Assembly (NCBI GenBank): GCA_963642055.1
Contig: CAVIFQ010000005.1
Coordinates: 9,633-73,632 of the forward strand
DNA from: Roseburia hominis
GTDB lineage: Bacteria > Bacillota_I > Bacilli_A > RFN20 > CAG-826
Direction: 5' to 3'
DNA length: 64,000 bases
The notes beneath the pieces are model-generated. The model was not told the DNA's origin and made no database searches. It saw only the letters and a list, made by a program, of their open reading frames with translations. Within the stretch, counting starts at the first letter, position 1, and the number at the start of each line of letters is the position of its first letter. Made by a program: the position numbers and the translations under genes. Positions 53,731 to 61,907 of this stretch are shown here, one piece after another.

Positions 53731-54753
53731 ATGAGCAAAATCGTCACTTTCGGCGAAATCATGCTTCGCCTTTCTTCCCCACTCAATTCGCGACTAATCC
53801 AATCGCAGTCTTTCGATGTGCATTATGGCGGAGGGGAAGCCAATGTCGCGGTGAGTCTTTCTAATTACGGGCATAAGGTGAGCTTCCTGAGCAAATTGCC
53901 CGATAATCCCTTGGGAGATGCGGCGCTCAATTCGCTCCGGAAATACGGCGTCGATACCTCTTTCATCAGCCGCGGTGGCGATAGATTAGGCATCTATTAT
54001 TTGGAGACTGGCGCCTCAATGAGAGCGTCAAACGTCATTTATGACCGCAAATACTCATCCATTTATGAGGCTAAAGAAGGCGATTTCGACTTCGATAAGG
54101 TTTTTGAAGGCGCCGATTGGTTCCATTTCACGGGCATCACCCCAGCTCTTAATGACAACATCGCGCATCTAGTCGAACTTGCTTGCATCGCCGCGAAAAA
54201 AGCCGGGTGCACCATCTCCTGCGATCTCAATTTCCGCAAGAAACTCTGGTCGAGCGAGAAAGCGATCAAGGTGATGAGCAACCTCATGAAATACGTCGAC
54301 GTCTGCATTGGCAACGAAGAAGATGCCGAGAAATGCTTAGGTTTCAAAACCAAAGACACCGATGTAACAAAAGGCGTCATCTCCACTGCTTCTTACGAAA
54401 GCATCTTCAAGCAGATGGAAGAGAAATACCATTTTAAATACATCGCCACTTCCTTGCGCGAATCGATTTCCGCAAGCGACAACAACTGGAGTGGGCTCCT
54501 ATATGATGGCTCTTCCTTCGCTCTCTCGAAAAAATACAGCATTCATATCGTCGACCGGGTTGGGGCGGGCGATGCTTTCGCCGCCGGTATCATCCACGGC
54601 TTATTGACGTATAAGGATATCAACAAAGCCATCGAATTCGCGGTGGCCGCCAGTGCGCTTAAGCACACCATCCCTGGCGATTTCAATCATGTCAGCGTGA
54701 AAGAAGTCGAAACCCTCATGAACGGCGATGGCTCAGGAAGGGTGCAACGTTAG
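53731..54753 (+). CDS. kdgK: 2-dehydro-3-deoxygluconokinase (PfkB family)
   Basis: PfkB motifs are GGGEANVAV and DRVGAGDAFAAGIIHG. Operon context uxaC-eda-kdgK. Confidence 0.85.
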   Translation: MSKIVTFGEIMLRLSSPLNSRLIQSQSFDVHYGGGEANVAVSLSNYGHKVSFLSKLPDNPLGDAALNSLRKYGVDTSFISRGGDRLGIYYLETGASMRASNVIYDRKYSSIYEAKEGDFDFDKVFEGADWFHFTGITPALNDNIAHLVELACIAAKKAGCTISCDLNFRKKLWSSEKAIKVMSNLMKYVDVCIGNEEDAEKCLGFKTKDTDVTKGVISTASYESIFKQMEEKYHFKYIATSLRESISASDNNWSGLLYDGSSFALSKKYSIHIVDRVGAGDAFAAGIIHGLLTYKDINKAIEFAVAASALKHTIPGDFNHVSVKEVETLMNGDGSGRVQR

Positions 54754-55526
54754 TCCTTCTTTAAACCGCTCGGCGATTCGCCAAACGTCTTGACGTAAAG
54801 CCGGTAAAAGGTTGAATAATTCTCGAACGAGTAGCGTAAGGCGACCTCGTTCTTTTTTTCTCCCGCCTCGATTGCTTTCCTGGCGGCGATGAGCTTTTTC
54901 ATCTTGATCATCTTCATGATCGATATCTTCATGCTGCGTTTGAAGGCGTTGCAGATTTGCGATGAGGAATAATGGAAAGTGGAGGCAATCCTTTCTAGCG
55001 AGATCGGCTCTTCGATATGGAGGTCTATCCACTCTACGATTTTGGCGATCGTCTCATCGTATTCGCTCACGATTTCCTCTTCATCGTTGAGGAGGAAAAC
55101 CAGAAGTTTCATGAGCTCGCTCTCGAAAAGGACCGCTACTTCCTCCTTATCGTACTTCTCGTAATATTCATCCAACATCGGGAAAATCGAGAGAATCGCA
55201 GGTGAAGCGATATGAAAGACGCGTAACGATGATAAACGCGCTTTGACGGAAGAAGGCAAAGAAGAATCGTCGAATTTGAGCACGTAACGCTCATAACGTT
55301 CCTCCGAATCCACTTCCGCGAAGTGGTTTCTTCCCGCTCTCACGAAAACGATATCGCCATTATTGAGGCGTTTCTTTTGCCCTTCGACGTGATAAGTCAC
55401 TTTGCCTTTTTTGAAGAAGACGATCTCATGAAAATAATGAAGATGCTTCTCATAGCTCTCCGTCGGTTTCTTTTTATCGTCGAATTTATGGGCGAAATCT
55501 AATCCCGGGCACTGAAAAGAGAACAT
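54750..55526 (-). CDS. AraC-family transcriptional regulator (cupin N-domain plus HTH_18)
   Basis: C-terminus is IASTFHYSSSQICNAFKRSMKISIMKMIKMKKLIAARKAI...YSTFYRLYVKTFGESP. First ATG at 55526; the track start is TTG. Confidence 0.8.
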   Translation of the reverse strand: MFSFQCPGLDFAHKFDDKKKPTESYEKHLHYFHEIVFFKKGKVTYHVEGQKKRLNNGDIVFVRAGRNHFAEVDSEERYERYVLKFDDSSLPSSVKARLSSLRVFHIASPAILSIFPMLDEYYEKYDKEEVAVLFESELMKLLVFLLNDEEEIVSEYDETIAKIVEWIDLHIEEPISLERIASTFHYSSSQICNAFKRSMKISIMKMIKMKKLIAARKAIEAGEKKNEVALRYSFENYSTFYRLYVKTFGESPSGLKKD

Positions 55527-55705
55527 AGGCAAAGTATATAGCGTTCTCCCACAAAAAGCGCTGAAACCGCGATGAATTTCTAATCTCTCATATCATCGTC
55601 AATGCCTATTTGCGTTGTATTTCTAGGCTCAAGTAACCAATAGTTCTCGTTCGAATCATGCCTATGATCGCTTATACGATACTTAACGATTTCGAATAAT
55701 CGATA

Positions 55706-55812
55706 AAACTGTTCACTCTCACTGAACACTTTCGCGATTTTGCCAAAAAACTGTTCACTGCCACTGAACACTTTTGCGGTCTATCGTGAAACTGTTCACT
55801 AGGACTGAACAA
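55706..55812. repeat. 41-42-bp tandem repeat x3 with dyad core AAACTGTTCACT-NNN-ACTGAACA
   Basis: Cores at 55706, 55748 and 55789. The array lies 180-290 bp upstream of the AraC gene start, in a 394-bp ORF-free spacer. Confidence 0.85.
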
Positions 55813-55920
55813 TATTCATCTTTTATCAGATACGATTAAAGGACCGGTAAAGGACAACCATCTAAATGTGCTCACACTTAAAAAGGAGCGATAATCCCGC
55901 TCCTTTTCAATGCTGTTTGC

Positions 55921-56184
55921 TTATTTAATCGCTTGGATAGAAGGATCGCTTTCGTAGGTCTCAAGCATCTCGGAAGCTTCTTCCAATTCCTCTTCGCTCG
56001 GCTCTTCAAGCGAAGTGCCATCGGATGAGGTCACCACGAGTAAATCATCTGGGCTCTCATCCTTGAAGATGAAATAGAAGGTCTTCTTTCTTTCCGGATT
56101 CTCGTAGAAGAAGAGGATTTTCCAAGTCTCTTCATTGCCTTCTTCATCGCTGATGATGATCGAATTGTCGGTTATCTCTGCCAT
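55921..56184 (-). CDS. DUF1292 family protein
   Basis: 87 aa; ITDNSIIISDEEGNEETWKILFFYENPERKKTFYFIF and an acidic tail are typical of DUF1292. Conserved position next to alaS. Confidence 0.7.
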   Translation of the reverse strand: MAEITDNSIIISDEEGNEETWKILFFYENPERKKTFYFIFKDESPDDLLVVTSSDGTSLEEPSEEELEEASEMLETYESDPSIQAIK

Positions 56185-56199
56185 ATCTTTCTCCTTTTA

Positions 56200-58803
56200 T
56201 CACAAACTGGCCTTTATCTCATCGACGATAGAAGAGAAGCCGTTGCTACTTTTAACTTGGCCTGTTGCCATTTCGGGTCTTCCTCCGCCACCGCCGCCGA
56301 GCGCTTTGGCGAATTTCTTCACGATATCGCCGGCTTTGGCTTTCTTTAAGGTCTCTCCGCCGATCATGACGACGAGCGGACGTGCCCCTTCTTTACCTCC
56401 TAAAAGGATCAAGAAGTAGTCTTTGTCTTTGCTCTTGATGGTATCGGAGAGAGTCAAGAGATCGTCTTTGCTCGCCCCTTCCTTCACCAAAGAGAGGAAG
56501 CGGATACCGTTAATGAGAGGAGAGGAAGCCACGTCTTTTGCTTCAAGAGCAGCTATTTTGCCTTTCAAAGCCACATTGTCGCGGGATAGAGCCTTCTTCT
56601 CTTCGCTCTCTTTCTTTAAACGAGAGAGGAAAGAGGCTTCATTGACATCGTATACCTTCAAAGCTTCCGCGAGAATATCGGCCTTTTTCCTGAAATAGGA
56701 GATGGCTCCTAAAGAGGTATAGGCTTCGATGCGGCGGATGCCACTTGAGATGGCTTCATCACTTGCGATCACGAATAAGCCGATTTCGCTCGTGTTCTTT
56801 ACGTGGGTCCCGCCGCAGAATTCCTTGCTGTAGTCAGAGAAAGTGACAACGCGGACGGTCTTTCCGTACTTATCGGCGAACTCCATCTCGGCGCCGAGTT
56901 TTTGGGCCTCTTCGATAGGCAAGATCAAGGTCTTTTCCTCGATTCCTATCTCGATATAGTGATTCACCTCATCTTCGATTTTCTTGATCTCCTCTTCGCT
57001 GAGCTTTCTATCGGCATCGTAATCGAAGCGGAGATAATCCTTATCGACATAGGAGCCTTTTTGCTCGACGTGACGAAGCAAGACGTTAGAGAGAGCGCTG
57101 TGAAGGAGGTGGGTGGCGCTGTGATTGCGCTCGATGAGGCGGCGCGCCTCTTTATCGATGGACAAAAGCAATTCATCGCCTTCTTTTATCGTCCCAAAAC
57201 GAGCCTTCACGTGATGGAGATGTTGCCCGTTCGGGGCCTTTTTGACGGAGATAACAGAGAAAGAGGCATCGGAACTCGAGACGATTCCAGTATCACTCAC
57301 TTGTCCGCCCATCTCGGCGTAGAAAGGCGTCTCATCGAAGATGATATCGCCTTCTTCTTCGATGCTATCGACTCTCACCCCGTCGACGAATAAGCCGATG
57401 GCTTTCGCCTTGAGTTCATCTTTGTCGTAACGGAATTCGCTTGGGGTTTTGAAATCCAATAAATCCTTGGACTGCTTATGGAAGGAATCGATTTCCCCAC
57501 GCGCCGCGCGGGCTCTTTCTCTTTGCTCTTCCATCGCTTTCGCAAAACCGTCTTTGTCACATTTCACGCCATATTCCTCGGCGATTTCATAAGTGAGGTC
57601 GCTCGGGAAGCCATAGGTATCGTAAAGCTTGAAGATTTCTTCGCCCGTGAGTTCTTTCTTCTCTTCGATCATCTCTTTGAGGAGAGCTTCACCGCTTGAA
57701 AGCGTGCGGAGGAATTTGCTCTCTTCGCTTTTGATCATCTTGGCTACTTCTTCTTGCTTATCGAGCAGATATGGATAGAAGTCTTTGTATTTGCTCACTA
57801 CCGCTTCCACCATCTTGTACATGAATTCGCCTTCAATGCCGAGCTTTCTCCCGTATCGCATGGCTCTTCTTATGATGCGGCGAAGAACATACCCTCTCCC
57901 TTCATTCGAGAAAGAGGCGCCGTCGCTGAGCGCGAAGGTGAGACAACGCGAATGATCGGCGATCACACGGAAAGCCATGAGATTGTCGCCTTCGTATTTC
58001 TTGCCGGACAAAGCGGCGATTTTCTCGATGAGCGGCGCGAATAAATCGGTCTCGAAATTGGTTTTCGCCCCTTGAAGGATACAAGCGATTCTCTCTAATC
58101 CTGAGCCCGTATCGATGTTTTTGCTTGGAAGCTCTTTATATTCGCTTCTTGGAATGGAGGGGTCGCAGTTATATTGACTGAAGACGATGTTCCAGATTTC
58201 GATGTAACGGTCATTATCGATGTCGTCGGCGATGAGTTTGGTTCCTAAACCCTCAGGATCGTATTCTTCGCCACGGTCGAAGAACATCTCGGTGTCTGGT
58301 CCGCCTGGGCCTTTGCCGATTTCCCAGAAATTGCTCGCCATCGGGATGAGGTGGTCTTCTTTCATTCCACATTTCACCCACAGTGAAAAGGTCGCTTTAT
58401 CGTGCGGTTCATAGGTGATATAGAGCTTGTCTTTATCAATTCCAAAACCAGTTTCTTCATTCGTGAGGATCTCGTAAGCCCAGGGAATGACCTCATCGCG
58501 GAAATAATCGCCGATCGAGAAATTGCCGAGCATCTCGAAGAAAGTATGGTGACGCGCCGTGTGGCCAACATTCTCGATATCATTGGTGCGGAGGGATTTC
58601 TGCACGTTCACGATGCGGCGGGATGGCGGCACTTCGCTCCCGTCGAAATACTTCTTTAGGCCCGTGACTCCGGCATTGACCCACAAAAGCGATTTGTCCT
58701 CTTTCGAAGGCACCAAAGAGACGCCTGGGATGTATTTATGCCCTTTGCTCTCGAAGAAAGAGATCCATCTCTCCCTGATTTCTTGACCAGTCAGCGCTTT
58801 CAT
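56200..58803 (-). CDS. alaS: alanine--tRNA ligase
   Basis: 867 aa. N-terminus is LTGQEIRERWISFFESKGH and class II motifs are present. The editing-domain zinc motif has HSATHLLH near the start and C..GGTH at CGGTHV. C-terminal DHHA1 domain present. Confidence 0.95.
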   Translation of the reverse strand: MKALTGQEIRERWISFFESKGHKYIPGVSLVPSKEDKSLLWVNAGVTGLKKYFDGSEVPPSRRIVNVQKSLRTNDIENVGHTARHHTFFEMLGNFSIGDYFRDEVIPWAYEILTNEETGFGIDKDKLYITYEPHDKATFSLWVKCGMKEDHLIPMASNFWEIGKGPGGPDTEMFFDRGEEYDPEGLGTKLIADDIDNDRYIEIWNIVFSQYNCDPSIPRSEYKELPSKNIDTGSGLERIACILQGAKTNFETDLFAPLIEKIAALSGKKYEGDNLMAFRVIADHSRCLTFALSDGASFSNEGRGYVLRRIIRRAMRYGRKLGIEGEFMYKMVEAVVSKYKDFYPYLLDKQEEVAKMIKSEESKFLRTLSSGEALLKEMIEEKKELTGEEIFKLYDTYGFPSDLTYEIAEEYGVKCDKDGFAKAMEEQRERARAARGEIDSFHKQSKDLLDFKTPSEFRYDKDELKAKAIGLFVDGVRVDSIEEEGDIIFDETPFYAEMGGQVSDTGIVSSSDASFSVISVKKAPNGQHLHHVKARFGTIKEGDELLLSIDKEARRLIERNHSATHLLHSALSNVLLRHVEQKGSYVDKDYLRFDYDADRKLSEEEIKKIEDEVNHYIEIGIEEKTLILPIEEAQKLGAEMEFADKYGKTVRVVTFSDYSKEFCGGTHVKNTSEIGLFVIASDEAISSGIRRIEAYTSLGAISYFRKKADILAEALKVYDVNEASFLSRLKKESEEKKALSRDNVALKGKIAALEAKDVASSPLINGIRFLSLVKEGASKDDLLTLSDTIKSKDKDYFLILLGGKEGARPLVVMIGGETLKKAKAGDIVKKFAKALGGGGGGRPEMATGQVKSSNGFSSIVDEIKASL

Positions 58804-59005
58804 AATTTGCTCCTTTAAATAAATAAAACACCCTTCACGAAGGAACGCTTGCGCGCGGTACCATCCTTCTTCACCTATGGGTGCTCTCTTCTCTTCTTAA
58901 CGCGAAGACGCGACGGGGATTATCCGCATTGTCGTAGGAGTGGCGCGCCCAAAAATCTGGGCTTAGTTCCTACCGCCGAAAGTTTATCACGCGCGCAAGG
59001 AAAGA
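58804..59005 (-). promoter_or_regulatory. T-box riboswitch leader of alaS
   Basis: The minus strand carries the T-box sequence GAAGGAUGGUACCGCG (complement of ~58853-58870). The terminator is CACCC...GAAGGA-loop-UCCUUC...GGGUG plus UUUUAUUU, just before the RBS. A GC-rich Stem I base is present. The specifier codon is not confidently assigned. Confidence 0.6.
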
Positions 59006-59076
59006 CAAGAAAGAGCGGAGATATCGCCGCTCATAACCAGCAAGCAAATTGACGGAGAAGAGCTCATTTAACACCC

Positions 59077-59113
59077 AAAAAAAGCCGTTTTCTGAAATTT
59101 AAACGGCTTTTTG
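59077..59113. terminator. bidirectional terminator
   Basis: AAAAAAA-GCCGTTT-N10-AAACGGC-TTTTT. Confidence 0.55.
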
Positions 59114-59276
59114 CGGGGATATCAGTTATTTGTGCTTGATGGAAATGATAATGGAGAGAGTTCAATCCCTTCTTCCATCTTCTTTAAATGCAATTTGCAC
59201 AGTGTCCATGGGAAAGTTAGGATTTATCGATATTTTTGATCAGATGACTGATGATTTTATACAAATTTCTATTCTA

Positions 59277-59436
59277 TTCGTAAAATGTTATTCGATACGC
59301 ATTACGATTTCGTAAAATGCGATTCATTACACAATACGTATTCGTAAAATGTAATCCATTACACATTACGATTTCGTAAAATGTGATTTGATGCACATTA
59401 CGTGTTCGTAAAATGTGATTTTTGACATGTTACGAA
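59277..59436. repeat. 32-bp tandem repeat x5, each unit an imperfect dyad TTCGTAAAATG-N~12-ACATTACGA
   Basis: TTCGTAAAATG occurs at 59277, 59309, 59341, 59373 and 59405, an exact 32-bp period. The array is an orphan in a ~700-bp ORF-free spacer (59114-59811). Confidence 0.9.
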
Positions 59437-59811
59437 GATTTTTAAACCGCGATGAAACTCAATCGAGAATGCAAATGATTGTATGGGGGCCGCCTTCAAT
59501 AAATAGATTCAATTTCTATTTCAGAAAGGTGAGAAGCACCGTCAGGATTGATTGCGAAGAGTGTCTTTTGATGATCACCCTAGCTTCATAGCAAAACAAG
59601 TTTTAACCAAGATTTTCGCATAATTACCGAGCGTTATGAGTGCTGGGAATTAGGTTCTAATCGAGCATATTCACGCAAATTCCGATTAAATGCCTAGTCG
59701 ACTCGTCATTTAATCGAAAGTCCTTAAAAATGTAGGCTTTATCGAAAGAAAAAACGCGATCAAGTTTTCAGTTTTTGCCAAAAAAGCTCTTTTTAGTCTA
59801 TAAAACGAGGC

Positions 59812-60687
59812 TTAGCTGAGAGTTACTGCTAATTCTCTTTGGGCCCCGTTAGCCCCCGTAAAGCTCTTGCTCCAGCCACCATAATAATTCAGGTATTCTT
59901 TGAAGTTTGCGTAGTGATCAGTCGTATAGAAGCACACCGCATCATAACCGCCCTCTTCATTCGGATAAGAGGTCGACGATTCCGAGGGCAAAATCACAAG
60001 ACGCGCCACTCCTCGATTTATTTTGTATCCATTGTTGTAGCCGACATTCACCGTTTCTGTAGCGATATCGAGTTCGTAATATGGCGTCTTTTCTCTGCTC
60101 CATGGCCCGATAGAGGTCGAATAGTCGGAAGACCCTTTATAATTCCCATACAAATAAACGGAATAGCAGCGCCCCTCTTTTCCGATTTTGAGAGCCTCGG
60201 TTTTGGAAACGGCGTAATTGGAAGGAAAAGAAGAGAAAGCCTCGTAATAAGCCGCCACTTCTTCTGGTTCGATGTAGCTATTTCCGCGCGTGAGGGTCAA
60301 TGCGACCGTATATTCCAAGGAACCATCGGATAATTGACTGACTTTATATACGTCCGCTGTATCCTCATCGCTCTTTCTTTGCTTGACCCTGAAAGAAGAA
60401 AGAATCGGATTAGAAGACGATGAAGATGATTTCCCTTCTGAAGTAGATTTGCTTGAAGAGGCGGAAGAAGAACTATCACGACTAGACGATGAAGAAGAGC
60501 TTGATTGGGAAGAACTGCTAGAGCTAGACGATGAAACAGTACTCGAAATTGAGGAACTTTCGGAGTTGGAAGATGAACTCGAAAAAGATGAACTTTCAGA
60601 AGAAAAGGGCTCGAAATCAAAAGGAGAACAGGAAAAAAGAGTTGAGGCGAGAGAAAAAGAGAAGGCTATCAATCTTTTCTTCTTCAT
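59812..60687 (-). CDS. secreted lipoprotein with a barnase / RNase N1-T1-Sa family ribonuclease domain
   Basis: Lipobox LFSCS and a poly-Ser linker. EEVAAYYEAFSSFPSNYAVSKTEALKIG parallels the barnase N-terminal helices. YYELDI...NRGVARLVI...FYTTDHYANF matches the catalytic E/R/R/H blocks. Confidence 0.7.
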   Translation of the reverse strand: MKKKRLIAFSFSLASTLFSCSPFDFEPFSSESSSFSSSSSNSESSSISSTVSSSSSSSSSQSSSSSSSSRDSSSSASSSKSTSEGKSSSSSSNPILSSFRVKQRKSDEDTADVYKVSQLSDGSLEYTVALTLTRGNSYIEPEEVAAYYEAFSSFPSNYAVSKTEALKIGKEGRCYSVYLYGNYKGSSDYSTSIGPWSREKTPYYELDIATETVNVGYNNGYKINRGVARLVILPSESSTSYPNEEGGYDAVCFYTTDHYANFKEYLNYYGGWSKSFTGANGAQRELAVTLS

Positions 60688-60690
60688 TGC

Positions 60691-61905
60691 TTATTTCCAG
60701 TTTTCGGGCATCGTGCGATTGTTTTTCATCCAATCGCTATCCTTGAGTTTCTTCGAGCTCGCGCTTCCTTTGACGGTCTTTTCGCCGGTTTTATCGTATT
60801 TCACCTCGATATCGCCATTCAGATCGCTGAGCTTCCCGATATTTCCTGCTACACCCGTAGAAACGGCACTTGAGGTCACATAAACATCGTCCGTCCATTT
60901 GGCCCAATTATTTATTGTTTCTTGATAAGGCATCGTTCTGTCGTTGTTTTTGGTGTATTCATTGCTGCCAGCAACGCAGCAAGTGCAAATCGTTTCCGGT
61001 TTAATGGAAGAAAGGAAAGAATCGGGGTTTGCATTGATTGAACCATGATGCCCACCTTTATAAAGGCTCACGGTGCCTATATCGTTATTCGCGAGTAAGC
61101 TCGCACACCCACTTTCCTCAAGATCACCGGTAAAAAGCATTTTCTTCTCGCCTTGCTTAAAAAGGAGGCAAACGCTTTGGTTATTTTCGCAACTCTTATC
61201 GATGCTATCGTAATACTTCTGATAAAGAACGCTCATCGACAAACCTTCGCCGAGCGTATAAGTTCTCTGAGCGCCATTCGTTTCGCTGTAGCATTCTTTC
61301 GCGGTGTAATGTTTTGCCCCATTTTTGATGGCATAATCGCGCGCAGTGCAATAATTTTGATAGACATAGGTCGTTTTGCTAGTCAAAGGAAAATCGATTA
61401 AGGTATCAACCTTGTATTGATATAAGATACCCGATTTATTGTTATACCCACCACTGAAAGCTGCGATGTGATCCTGATCAGCATGGGTAGCGATGACGTA
61501 TTCAAGTTTCCCATCCGTGCAATACTCATCAATTTTGTTTTTGAGCGTAGAAGCACTGTCGTATCTACTCCCGGCATCGATCAAGATATCGTTTTCGCCA
61601 GCCTTGATATAAATGGAATCGCCATTATATTGATTGCCAAGCGTCAGAAAATGGAAGGATATCTCCGCAAAATCCCCTTCTTTTTCATTTGCGCTCGAAG
61701 AATCGCTTGATGATGAACTTGATTCACTTGAAGACGAACTCGCTTCGCTCGACGATGAACTTGGCTCGCTAGAAGAGGAAACCTTTGGGAAAAAGCCATC
61801 AAGGTCGCAGCTTGTCAGAGCGATTGAAGATAAAAGAGGAGAGAAAAGGAAAAGGGCCTTCCTAAGAAAATGCCCCCGCTTCTTATTTCTTCTTCCCTTT
61901 TCCAT
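60691..61905 (-). CDS. secreted lipoprotein with a ComEC-type MBL-fold metallo-hydrolase domain
   Basis: Lipobox LTSCD and a poly-Ser linker. MBL motifs are ILIDAGS, ATHADQDHIAAF, FTGDLEE and GGHHGS. Confidence 0.7.
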   Translation of the reverse strand: MEKGRRNKKRGHFLRKALFLFSPLLSSIALTSCDLDGFFPKVSSSSEPSSSSSEASSSSSESSSSSSDSSSANEKEGDFAEISFHFLTLGNQYNGDSIYIKAGENDILIDAGSRYDSASTLKNKIDEYCTDGKLEYVIATHADQDHIAAFSGGYNNKSGILYQYKVDTLIDFPLTSKTTYVYQNYCTARDYAIKNGAKHYTAKECYSETNGAQRTYTLGEGLSMSVLYQKYYDSIDKSCENNQSVCLLFKQGEKKMLFTGDLEESGCASLLANNDIGTVSLYKGGHHGSINANPDSFLSSIKPETICTCCVAGSNEYTKNNDRTMPYQETINNWAKWTDDVYVTSSAVSTGVAGNIGKLSDLNGDIEVKYDKTGEKTVKGSASSKKLKDSDWMKNNRTMPENWK

Positions 61906-61907
61906 TG

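Noticed and set aside
55580-55771. Small ORFs inside repeat arrays: 55580-55771-, 49302-49520+, 16788-17027+, 59130-59315+, 40745-40942+ and 14443-14679-
   Set aside because: Their sequences are generated by the tandem repeats or overlap the tRNA. They have no RBS and their composition is implausible.
59277-59436. CRISPR array interpretation of the 32-bp (59277), 33-bp (49285), 34-bp (14433) and 51-bp (16768) arrays
   Set aside because: The units are contiguous and nearly the whole unit is conserved, so there are no unique spacers of about 30 nt. Copy numbers are only 2.5-5, and there are no cas genes in the window.
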